In this document: positions 38,152 to 46,339 of the stretch, piece after piece
Position numbering within the stretch: the stretch's first letter is position 1
Layout of the letters: every line of letters begins with the position of its first letter
From: Pseudonocardia sp.
GTDB lineage: Bacteria > Actinomycetota > Actinomycetes > Mycobacteriales > Pseudonocardiaceae
DNA length: 46,339 bases
Reading direction: 5' to 3'
Assembly (NCBI GenBank): GCA_030147065.1
Contig: JASLAP010000113.1
Location: forward strand, 1 to 46,339
Position numbers and translations under genes: made by a program
Notes under the pieces: generated by a model
The model's input: only the letters and a program-made list of their open reading frames with translations
Told to the model about the DNA's origin: nothing
The model's database searches: none

Positions 38152-40167
38152 TTGTCGCTCGTCCCGAACACCGCCGGTGTCGTCCCGGCGGCGCGCCGGG
38201 GGGCCTTCCGACCGGAGTTGCAGGGCCTGCGCGCGCTCGCGGTAGCCCTGGTCGTCGTCTACCACGTCTGGTTCAACCGGGTCTCCGGTGGTGTCGACGT
38301 GTTCTTCCTGCTCACCGGGTTCCTGCTGACCGGGCAGCTGACCCGGGCGGCCGCCCGCGGCCCGCTGGACCTGCCCGGGCGGTGGAGCCGCACGGTGCTG
38401 CGGCTGGTGCCCGCGACGGCGCTGGTGTTGGTGGTCACCGCGGTCGCCGCGGCGGTCGTGCTGCCCGAGGGCCGCTGGCCGCAGACGCTGCGCGAGCTGC
38501 TCGCGGCGGCGCTGTTCCTGGAGAACTGGCAGCTGGTCGCCGACTCGGTGGACTACGCGGCCGGCAACAACATGGCCAGCGTGGCCCAGCAGTTCTGGTC
38601 GCTGGCCATCCAGGCGCAGTTCTTCCTGGTCTGGCCGATGGTGGTGGCGGTGGTGGCGCTCGGGGCGCGCCGCACCGGGAGCCTGCGCGAGCACCTGACG
38701 GTGGCCGCCGCGGTGCTGTTCGGCGCGTCGTTCGTCTACTCGGTCACGCTGACCGCGACCGACCAGCCGCAGGCCTACTTCCACACCATGACCCGGCTCT
38801 GGGAGTTCGCCCTGGGCGCCCTGCTCGCCCTGCACCTCGACCGCGTCCGGCTGGCCCTGCGGTGGCGGCTGCTGCTGGGTTGGGTCGGGGTGGTCGGGCT
38901 GGTGCTGTGCGGGCTGGTGCTCGGGGGCTCGCCGGTGTTCCCCGGGGTGGCGGCGCTGTGGCCGACCGGCTGCGCGGCGCTGGTGCTGATCGCCGGCAGC
39001 ACGGCCGACCGCCGCGGCGTCGACCGGTGGCTGTCCCGCCGGCCCGTGCAGTACGTCGGTGACCTGAGCTTCGCGCTCTACCTGTGGCACTGGCCGGTGC
39101 TGGTGCTCTACCTGGTCGCCCGGGACCGCGCCGAGGTCGGCCCGGTCGGCGGCCTGGGCATCGTCGGGCTGTCCGTGCTGCTCGCGGTGGCCACCCACCA
39201 CCTGCTCGAACGCCCGCTGCTACGCCGGCGGATCGGCACCCGGGCCGGGTTCCGGCTCGGGGCGCTCGGGGTGGTCGCGGTCACCCTTGTCGTGGCGGCC
39301 GGGCACGGCGAGGTGCTGCGCCGGGAGGCGACCGCCGGCACCCTCGGCGACGACCTGCACCCCGGGGCGCTCGCCCTGGTCAGCGGACCACCACCACCGG
39401 CCGAGGTGCTGCCGCCGCCGGTCGCGGTGTACGAGGACTGGGTGCGCATCGAGCACTGGGACTGCACCCCGCTGAGCCGGTTCCCGATGGACCGGTGCTC
39501 GCTGCCGGTCGAGGGCGAGCCGACCAGGCGGATCGTGATCACCGGCGACTCGCACATCCAGCAGTTCACCGGAGCGCTGGTGCCGATCGCGCAGCGGCAC
39601 GGCTGGCAGCTGGTGACCATGGTGCGCGGCGCCTGCCCGTTCTCCACCGCCTCCGAGGCGGTCCCGGACGAGGTGGACTGCCTGGCCTGGAACGAGGCCG
39701 TCGCGGCCGAGATCGTCGACCTGCGCCCGGACGCGGTGGTCACGCTGGCCAGCCGGGAGGTGCGGGTCGGGCTGACCGAGTACACCCCGCCGGGGTTCGT
39801 CGACCGCTGGCGGTGGCTCTCCGAGCTGGGCATCCCGGTCCTCGCGGTGCGCGACAACCCCCGCTTCGACGTCTCGATGCCCGACTGCGTCGACCGGGCC
39901 CGGGCGGCCGACGCCGATCCCGGCCCCCCGTGCGGTGCTCCGCGGGCCGAGCTCTACGCCGAGCAGCCGCCCTGGACCCTGCTGCCCGACGTGCCGGCCG
40001 GGGTCGGCTTCCTGGACCTCGCCGACACGCTCTGCGACCCCGAGTTCTGCCCCGCCGAGATCGGCAACGTGCTGGTCTACCTGGACGACAACCACCTCAG
40101 CGCGTCCTACACCGGATCGATGGCCCCGCTGGTGGAGGAGCGGGTGGTGACCGTGCTGGGCGGGTGA
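38152..40167 (+). CDS. Acyltransferase family 3 with C-terminal SGNH domain (OatA/OafA-like)
   Basis: ELQGLRA, GVDVFF, FWSL, LYLWHWP; GDSH and DDNH; RBS AGGAGG before TTG 38152. Confidence 0.9.
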   Translation: MSLVPNTAGVVPAARRGAFRPELQGLRALAVALVVVYHVWFNRVSGGVDVFFLLTGFLLTGQLTRAAARGPLDLPGRWSRTVLRLVPATALVLVVTAVAAAVVLPEGRWPQTLRELLAAALFLENWQLVADSVDYAAGNNMASVAQQFWSLAIQAQFFLVWPMVVAVVALGARRTGSLREHLTVAAAVLFGASFVYSVTLTATDQPQAYFHTMTRLWEFALGALLALHLDRVRLALRWRLLLGWVGVVGLVLCGLVLGGSPVFPGVAALWPTGCAALVLIAGSTADRRGVDRWLSRRPVQYVGDLSFALYLWHWPVLVLYLVARDRAEVGPVGGLGIVGLSVLLAVATHHLLERPLLRRRIGTRAGFRLGALGVVAVTLVVAAGHGEVLRREATAGTLGDDLHPGALALVSGPPPPAEVLPPPVAVYEDWVRIEHWDCTPLSRFPMDRCSLPVEGEPTRRIVITGDSHIQQFTGALVPIAQRHGWQLVTMVRGACPFSTASEAVPDEVDCLAWNEAVAAEIVDLRPDAVVTLASREVRVGLTEYTPPGFVDRWRWLSELGIPVLAVRDNPRFDVSMPDCVDRARAADADPGPPCGAPRAELYAEQPPWTLLPDVPAGVGFLDLADTLCDPEFCPAEIGNVLVYLDDNHLSASYTGSMAPLVEERVVTVLGG

Positions 40168-40181
40168 GCCGCGTGGTGGGC

Positions 40182-40751
40182 TCAGGCCGGCCAGGAGGTC
40201 GGCACCTCGGCCCAGACGACCTTGCCGGGCGGGTCGCCGGTCCAGCCCCAGCGGGTGGCCAGGGCGTCGACCAGCTGCAGGCCGCGGCCCCGGATCCGCA
40301 GCGGGTCGTGCGACTGCAGCCGGGGCGGCCCGGCGGCGGCGTCCCGCACCTCCACCCGCACGAGCGGTCCGTCGAGGCCCACGGTGAGCCGCACCGGTGC
40401 CAGGCCGTGCTCGGCGGCGTTGGTCAGCAGCTCGGTGACCACCAGCGCCGCCGGCTCGGCCGCGGCGCCGGTCACGCCCCACCCGGCGAGCACGTCGACG
40501 GCCCGCTGCCGGGCCAGCGGCACCGCCTCGGCCGGCGGGCCGGACTCCCAGCGCGTCGTCCACGGAACCGTCCCGCCCCGGCGCCGGGCGCGCCGGTGCA
40601 GGCGCGTCCCCACCCCGACCACCAGGGCCAGCACCGCCAGCTCCAGGGCCAGGGCCAGCGGCAACGCCACCAGCGCCAGGCCCACCAGCGCGACGGTCAC
40701 CACCAGCACCACCACGGCGGCGACGGCCAGGAACTTCGCGACCGACCTCAT
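40182..40751 (-). CDS. RsbW-like ATP-binding protein with an N-terminal transmembrane hairpin
   Basis: ELLTNAAEHG, EVRD, GRGLQLV, GKVVWAE; hydrophobic N-terminus. Confidence 0.8.
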   Translation of the reverse strand: MRSVAKFLAVAAVVVLVVTVALVGLALVALPLALALELAVLALVVGVGTRLHRRARRRGGTVPWTTRWESGPPAEAVPLARQRAVDVLAGWGVTGAAAEPAALVVTELLTNAAEHGLAPVRLTVGLDGPLVRVEVRDAAAGPPRLQSHDPLRIRGRGLQLVDALATRWGWTGDPPGKVVWAEVPTSWPA

Positions 40752-40943
40752 GGCTGTGCCGGGACGGCGGGCGCACTGCGGCACGAGCCCATCGTGGCGG
40801 CGCTCCTTCGAGGTCGGGCGGCGGTGGAACCGCCCTCGACGGCTCCGCGCCCGGGCTACCCGCAACCACGGGCCGCGACCCGCGTCCGATCGGTGCGGGT
40901 GCACAGTCCGGGCCCCCGCGCGGTGTGCCCGGGGCCCCCGGCG

Positions 40944-41969
40944 TCAGGCCGAGCGGCTCTCGGGCTCCGGTTCGGCTGTCCCGGCCGGGGCCGCGGGGAA
41001 CCACGGGACCGCGGCGTGGGCGCGTGAGCGGTCGGCCACCACCCGCACGGTGAACCCGTCGGCGTCGCGGTGGAAGGTGACGTCGCTGCAGATCTGGTGG
41101 GCCATCCACAGGCCGAGCCCGGCGGTGGCGCTGCCGACGGTCGGCAGCAGGCCCGCGTAGGGGTCGGCCGGGCCGGTGCCCGCGTCGGTGACGGCCGCGG
41201 CGACCCGCCCGGAATCCGACCACACCCGCAGCCGGACCGGTGGCGCGCCGTGGGTGTGGGCGTTGTTGACCGCCTCGCTGACCGCCAGCACCAGGTCGTC
41301 GACCTCGTCCAGGTCCAGCAGCGGGGCGGCCAGCGCGCGCACCGCGCGCCGGGCGGCGGCCGGGGTGGGGTCGCGCAGGTCGAGGTCCGGAGGACCGGTG
41401 TCGGGCAGCGACCGCTCGGCCTGCGACCGGACCAGGAACCCCACCGGGTCGGTGAACCCGTCGTTGACCAGGTGCTTCCCGCCGGCGGTTGCGATCCGCG
41501 GATGGGTGGCGAGGACGTCGGCGAGCACCTCGGGCGGCGCGGTGCGGGTGTCGTACGGGCACATCCCCCACACCGGGAACTCGCTCAACGCGTGGTTGAC
41601 CGCGGCCTCGTAGCGGGCCCACCGGTGCCAGTCCGCGCCGGAGCCGGGGTGCGGGACCTCGCCGACGATCCGCACCTGGCCGGCGCCCTCGGCGTCGAAC
41701 CCGGCCAGCAGCTCGCGGTAGGACCGGATCGCCGCGGCCGGTCGGGCGTAGCGGTCGGTGGCGGGCAGGAAGGTGATGCCCGCGGTGTCGGGCAGCGCGG
41801 CCCGGACGAGCGCGGTGGTGGCCTCGTCCAGGGCGACCAGGGTCGGCTCGCCCGCGGCGGTCCCGCCGCGCAGGAAGGGCAGCACGAGGGCCAGGAACTC
41901 CTCGTCCGACCCGTAGAACGCGGCCTCGTGGAAGTACCCGCGGTGGCCAGCCGCCGCTCCGCTCCTCAC
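40944..41969 (-). CDS. MEDS + HATPase_c anti-sigma-type kinase (PrsR/RsbA-like)
   Basis: FHEAAFY, RIVGE, WARYEA, MCPYD; SEAVNNAHTHG, DAGTG, GLGLW; GTGA coupling. Confidence 0.85.
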   Translation of the reverse strand: MRSGAAAGHRGYFHEAAFYGSDEEFLALVLPFLRGGTAAGEPTLVALDEATTALVRAALPDTAGITFLPATDRYARPAAAIRSYRELLAGFDAEGAGQVRIVGEVPHPGSGADWHRWARYEAAVNHALSEFPVWGMCPYDTRTAPPEVLADVLATHPRIATAGGKHLVNDGFTDPVGFLVRSQAERSLPDTGPPDLDLRDPTPAAARRAVRALAAPLLDLDEVDDLVLAVSEAVNNAHTHGAPPVRLRVWSDSGRVAAAVTDAGTGPADPYAGLLPTVGSATAGLGLWMAHQICSDVTFHRDADGFTVRVVADRSRAHAAVPWFPAAPAGTAEPEPESRSA

Positions 41970-42808
41970 GACGGCGGCTCCACCCGGACCCGGCGCAGGC
42001 CCAGCAGCTCGACCAGCCGGCCGACCGGGGGCAGGCCGGTGCGCAGCACGACCGTGCACCCCCGCCGTTCGGCCAGGTCGGCCAGCGCCAGCAGCCCCCG
42101 GTGGTCGATGAACTCCAGCCCGGTCGCGTCCAGCACCAGCTCGCCGTCCACGGGCTGCAGATCGGCGCGGTCCAGGGCGCCGGCGAACAGCTCCTGGTCG
42201 GCCAGGTCGACCTCGCCGGCCAGCACGGCCGCGACCCCGGGCGCGCCGTGCAGCCGGAACGGGGTGGCCGCCGCGTCGCTCGCCCGGGGGTGCAGGCAGG
42301 CCAGCTGGGCGATCGTCGCCGGGCCCAGCTCGGCCCGGTCGTAGGCGCAGATGGCCGAGAACGGTCGGGCGCACAGGTGGCGCTCCACCAGGTGCTCGTA
42401 GCGGGCGAACGCGTCGAGCTGGTGCGGGGTGCGCACCAGCGACGTCGCGTCGACCGCGACCCGCAGCCCGGTGAACCCGGCGGCCAGGGCCTCGTCGGTG
42501 GCCGCGGCGTAGGCCCGTACCTGCGCTTGCGCGTCGACGACCGCGCCGGCGCGGTAGGTGCCGGCCAGCGAGGTGAACTGCAGCGCGTCGGCCCGGCCGT
42601 CGGCCGGTCCGCCCAGCTGGGCGCGCAGCGCGGCGCCGTCGTCCCCGCCGTCGTCCCCTGCGACGTAGCGGGTCCGCAGGCCGCGGGCCAGGCCGTCGGC
42701 GAGGAACCGGCGGGCCTGCGCCCGGAACTCCGCGACGTCGTCGTAGGCCAGGCAGACGTGGTCGTGCGCGTCGTCGCTCCGCACCTCGTCCGCCGTCCAG
42801 CCCCGCAC
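41966..42808 (-). CDS. MEDS + STAS domain protein
   Basis: HDHVCLAY, GLRVAVD, ICAYD; LAGEVD, LDATGLEFIDHRG. Confidence 0.85.
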   Translation of the reverse strand: MRGWTADEVRSDDAHDHVCLAYDDVAEFRAQARRFLADGLARGLRTRYVAGDDGGDDGAALRAQLGGPADGRADALQFTSLAGTYRAGAVVDAQAQVRAYAAATDEALAAGFTGLRVAVDATSLVRTPHQLDAFARYEHLVERHLCARPFSAICAYDRAELGPATIAQLACLHPRASDAAATPFRLHGAPGVAAVLAGEVDLADQELFAGALDRADLQPVDGELVLDATGLEFIDHRGLLALADLAERRGCTVVLRTGLPPVGRLVELLGLRRVRVEPPS

Positions 42809-42879
42809 GGGTCGAGAGTAATCCCTTCGGGCGAACGGCGGCGGGTCGGCCGCCGGCGGCACCCGGCCGACCGACCGGT

Positions 42880-43896
42880 TCAGACGCCCCGCCGCCGCGG
42901 CGTGCTGCGGGCGACCAGCTGCGGATCGCGGCTCACGGCGTCGCCCAGGACCTCGTCGATGCGGGCCATCGCCTCGGCCGGGATGGCGGTCCCCGCGGCC
43001 TTGACGTTCTCGGCCACCTGCTCCGGGCGGGACGCGCCGACGATCGCGGCGGCGACGTTGCGGTTCTGCAGCACCCAGGCCACCGCCAGCTGCGCCATGG
43101 ACAGGCCGAGGTCGCCGGCGATCGGGGTCAGCGCCTGCACCCGGGTCAGCGTCTCGTCCCGCATCCAGCGCTTGATCATCTCGGCGCCGCCCTTGTGGTC
43201 GGTGGCGCGCGAGCCCGCCGGCAGCGGCTGCCCCGGCCGGTACTTGCCGGTCAGCACGCCCTGCGCGATCGGCGACCAGACGATCTGGCCCAGGCCCAGC
43301 TCCGCGCAGGTCGGCACCACCTCGTCCTCGATGATCCGCCACAGCATCGAGTACTGCGGCTGGCTGGACACCAGCGAGATCCCCAGGTCGACGGCCATCG
43401 GGTGGGCCCGGCGGATCTGGTCGGCGGTCCACTCGCTGACCCCGATGTAGAGCGCCTTGCCCGCCCGCACGACGTCGGCGAAGGCCTGCATCGTCTCCTC
43501 GAGCGGGGTGAACACGTCGAAGCGGTGGGCCTGGTAGAGGTCCACGTAGTCCATCTGCAGCCGGCGCAGGCTGGCGTCGATGCCCTCCAGCACGTGCTTG
43601 CGCGACAACCCGGTGTCGTTCTTGCCCCGCGGCTCGGGCCCGACCACCCAGTAGACCTTGGTGAAGACCTCCAGCGACTCCCGGCGCTGGCCCTTGAGCG
43701 CCGCGCCGAGCACCTCCTCGGCCCGGCCGTTGGCGTAGACGTCGGCGGTGTCGAAGCTGGTGATGCCGTTGTCCAGGGCGGCGTGCACGCACTGCGTCGC
43801 GACGTCGTTCTCGACCTGCGAGCCGTGGGTGAGCCAGTTGCCGTAGGTGATCTCCGAGATCTGCATCCCGGACCGGCCGAGGTAGCGGAATTCCAT
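42880..43896 (-). CDS. Aldo/keto reductase
   Basis: FDTADVY, FTK, DLYQAH, GVSEW, WSPIAQG. Confidence 0.93.
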   Translation of the reverse strand: MEFRYLGRSGMQISEITYGNWLTHGSQVENDVATQCVHAALDNGITSFDTADVYANGRAEEVLGAALKGQRRESLEVFTKVYWVVGPEPRGKNDTGLSRKHVLEGIDASLRRLQMDYVDLYQAHRFDVFTPLEETMQAFADVVRAGKALYIGVSEWTADQIRRAHPMAVDLGISLVSSQPQYSMLWRIIEDEVVPTCAELGLGQIVWSPIAQGVLTGKYRPGQPLPAGSRATDHKGGAEMIKRWMRDETLTRVQALTPIAGDLGLSMAQLAVAWVLQNRNVAAAIVGASRPEQVAENVKAAGTAIPAEAMARIDEVLGDAVSRDPQLVARSTPRRRGV

Positions 43897-44029
43897 GCCC
43901 GCATCGTGCCCGCCGCCCGCCCTCCCGGCGAGCCGTCGGAGAACGGGTGCATCCAGTAGCGGCACCCGCCCGGTAGTGGGGGAGACCGGGTCACCCGATC
44001 CGGTCACGCCGACCGAAGGGACAACCACC

Positions 44030-44653
44030 ATGTGGCTCCGCCGCGCTCTGCGCATCACCATGGTCACCGCCGCGATGGGCGCCGCGTCGCTCGCCGTCGC
44101 CGCCCCGGCCTCGGCCACCCCCGCGGCCCCGGCCGTGCTGGCCCCGGCGACCGACCCGCACCCCGCCGACGCCGTGGACGACCTGGAGGGCGGCAGCACC
44201 ACGCTGGTGCTCGACGCCGGCACCGCGGGCGTGCTCACCGACAACGGGGTGTCGGTCAGCCCCACCGGTGACGCCCACCCGCGCCACGGCGGGATCAGCT
44301 TCCCGATCACCGGCGGGGAGGTCGTGCCCAGCACGCTGGCCGGCACCATCGAGCACTCCGGCGGGCTGGAGTTCAGCGCCGGTGACACCACCCTCGGCGT
44401 CGAGGACTTCATCATCGACACCACCGCGGGCGTGCTGACCGCGCAGGTCAGCGGCACCGACACCCGGGTGCCGCTGCTGAACCTGAGCCTGGCCGACGCC
44501 TCGATCGAGACCAAGGACGACGGCTTCACCGTCGCCGGGGTCCAGGGCACGCTGACCGAGGAGGCCGCCGCCGCGCTGAACACCACGTTCGGCGTCGACC
44601 TGTTCGCCGCCGGCCTGCCCGTGGGCACCGCCGACGTCGAGGCCTGCATCTGA
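44030..44653 (+). CDS. Secreted acidic beta-rich protein (weakly HtaA-like)
   Basis: Signal peptide ending APASA; FPITGG, GTIEHSGGL; RBS GAAGGGA. Confidence 0.7.
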   Translation: MWLRRALRITMVTAAMGAASLAVAAPASATPAAPAVLAPATDPHPADAVDDLEGGSTTLVLDAGTAGVLTDNGVSVSPTGDAHPRHGGISFPITGGEVVPSTLAGTIEHSGGLEFSAGDTTLGVEDFIIDTTAGVLTAQVSGTDTRVPLLNLSLADASIETKDDGFTVAGVQGTLTEEAAAALNTTFGVDLFAAGLPVGTADVEACI

Positions 44654-44666
44654 CGCTCGGTACCGA

Positions 44667-44698
44667 CGGCCCCGCCCGCCCGACGGCGGGCGGGGCCG
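44667..44698. terminator. Perfect 14-bp stem hairpin between convergent genes
   Basis: CGGCCCCGCCCGCC-CGAC-GGCGGGCGGGGCCG. Confidence 0.75.
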
Positions 44699-44704
44699 CC
44701 TGCG

Positions 44705-45907
44705 TCAGCGGGGCGCGTTGACCGGGGCGTCGAAGTCGATCCGGAACCGCTGCTCCGGGCCGAGGGTCCGCTCCGGGTGCATCGCGGTGCGCATCAGCAG
44801 CGGCATCATCGCCCGCATGAACGCCCTGGCCACCGGCCCCGGCGCCTTGGCCCGGTTGATCCGCGCGGCCCGGGCGGCGACCTTCTCTACCCGCGACCGC
44901 CGCAGCCGTTCGTAGGCGGCGAAGGCGGTCGGCACGTCGGGCAGGTCGCGCAGGCAGCGGGCCAGCTCGATCGCGCTCTCCACGGCCAGCGACGCGCCCT
45001 GCCCGGAGCTGTTGGACGGCGCGTGCGCGGCGTCGCCGACCAGCACCGCCCGGTCCCGGTACCAGCGCGGCACGCTCGGCATGATGTGCAGCGCCCCGGT
45101 GGCCTGCAGCCGGTCGGCACCGGTGTGCCGGGCCAGTTCGGCGCCGGGGTCCTCGCCGGCGTAGGTCGCGCGCAGGGTCTCCAGCCACTGCTCGGCCGGC
45201 ACCGCGCGGGCCTCGGTGAGCGACAGCGGCCAGCGGTGCGGGAGGTTCGCCCCCCAGCCGGTGCCGCCGCCGGGCAGCGGCCAGTACAGGTAGTACGCCC
45301 GGGCTCCGAAGGAGAACGTCATGGTGTCCGGGCGCCCGCCGGGCACGTCGTGGTCGGCGACGCCCTCGAACCCGAGCAGCCCGGTGTAGCCCGGGCCGGG
45401 CGCGGCCGGGTCGATCGTCGCGCGGACCGCCGAGTGCACGCCGTCGGCGCCGATCAGCACGTCCGCGGTGGCCGAACCGCCGTCGGCGAACCGGGCGGTG
45501 ACCCCGGACCCGTCCTGCTCGACCCCGGTCAGCCGGCTGCCGTAGGTGATCGGGATGCCGCGGTCGCCGGCCAGCCCGTGCAGCGCCCGGTGCAGGTCGC
45601 CGCGGTGCACCAGGTGCAGCGGCGGCAGCCCGGCCAGCCCGGGCAGCAGCACCGGCCGCGCGGCGCCGAGCGCCATGGCCTGCCGGGTGATCGGTTGCCC
45701 GGTGTCCAGGACGGCGTGCTCGGCGCCGATCGTGCCGAGCGCGGCGAGCCCGTTGGGGGCGACGGCCAGCGAGCCGCCGATCCCCCCGGTCGGGCCCGGG
45801 TGGGCCTCGTGCACGGCGGCGTCGATGCCCGCCCGCTGCAGCGCCATCGCCGCTACCGGCCCGGCGATGCCGGCGCCGATGACCAGTGCGGTCCGTACGT
45901 GTGACAT
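44705..45907 (-). CDS. FAD-dependent monooxygenase
   Basis: GAGIAG, GADGVHS, VGDAAH...GQGAS; RBS GGGAG. Confidence 0.9.
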   Translation of the reverse strand: MSHVRTALVIGAGIAGPVAAMALQRAGIDAAVHEAHPGPTGGIGGSLAVAPNGLAALGTIGAEHAVLDTGQPITRQAMALGAARPVLLPGLAGLPPLHLVHRGDLHRALHGLAGDRGIPITYGSRLTGVEQDGSGVTARFADGGSATADVLIGADGVHSAVRATIDPAAPGPGYTGLLGFEGVADHDVPGGRPDTMTFSFGARAYYLYWPLPGGGTGWGANLPHRWPLSLTEARAVPAEQWLETLRATYAGEDPGAELARHTGADRLQATGALHIMPSVPRWYRDRAVLVGDAAHAPSNSSGQGASLAVESAIELARCLRDLPDVPTAFAAYERLRRSRVEKVAARAARINRAKAPGPVARAFMRAMMPLLMRTAMHPERTLGPEQRFRIDFDAPVNAPR

Positions 45908-46120
45908 GACTGCTCCCACAGGGGTGCGCGCCGGCGGCGGCCGTGGCCGCGCGCCGGCTCGTGATCCGGATGTGCGTGCTGTCCGGACCGCCGCCGGGGA
46001 TGCGCCCGGATACCCTGTGAGTGCCATCTCGTGGCCGGGTCGCCGTCCGCGGCGTCGGTCCGAGGGTGAGGGCCCCGGCGGTGGTGTTGCCGCACCGCCG
46101 CCGGGACCCGTCTCGGTGGG

Positions 46121-46339
46121 CTACTCCGTCGGCAGGCCCCCTCCCGCCGTGGTGTCGGGCTGGGCACCGGGCAGGGCGCCCGTCGCGTGCCACTGCGCCC
46201 ACTCGGCCAGGTCGGGGAAGGTCCCCGAGGTCAGTTCGGCGAGCAGCCCGCGGACCCAGTCCGCCTCGGCCTCCCGCATCGCCAGCTCGTACTCGCCCTC
46301 CACCAGGAACACCCGGGCGATCCCGCGGGCGTGCCCGGC
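46121..46339 (-). CDS. PadR family regulator, C-terminal part (5' partial)
   Basis: RVFLVEGEYELAMREAEADWV resembles the PadR C-terminal helices. Confidence 0.6.
   Translation of the reverse strand, partial: AGHARGIARVFLVEGEYELAMREAEADWVRGLLAELTSGTFPDLAEWAQWHATGALPGAQPDTTAGGGLPTE

Overview
Very GC-rich actinobacterial chromosomal window; gene content and codon style suggest a Pseudonocardiaceae-like organism (inference). I found no rRNA, tRNA, CRISPR array or transposase. Contents in order: (1) 1-11.4 kb, a cell-envelope glycan cluster resembling mycobacterial Rv0224c-Rv0228 plus aftD and Rv0236A, with an extra GT-C-like membrane gene; the first 80 bp appear inverted. (2) A GNAT acetyltransferase and a PASTA lipoprotein. 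(3) A Rieske oxygenase + glutamine-synthetase-like + GntR operon with a VanO-like operator, then an epoxide hydrolase, a frameshifted FAD monooxygenase and a LuxR remnant. (4) A TetR-controlled epoxide hydrolase / luciferase-like monooxygenase / Zn-ADH / ACAD-fold operon. (5) A ZIP transporter. (6) A LacI-controlled sugar ABC + GH127 locus. (7) An amidase, paired CNNM/CBS genes with a candidate leader peptide, a two-component system and an AT3-SGNH acyltransferase. (8) A MEDS-STAS / MEDS-kinase / membrane-kinase partner-switching trio. (9) An aldo-keto reductase, a secreted protein, an FAD monooxygenase and a partial PadR. Best candidates for undescribed systems are the Rieske/GS-like operon, the MEDS trio and the aftD-type cluster. 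All family calls come from motif recognition by eye, not database searches.
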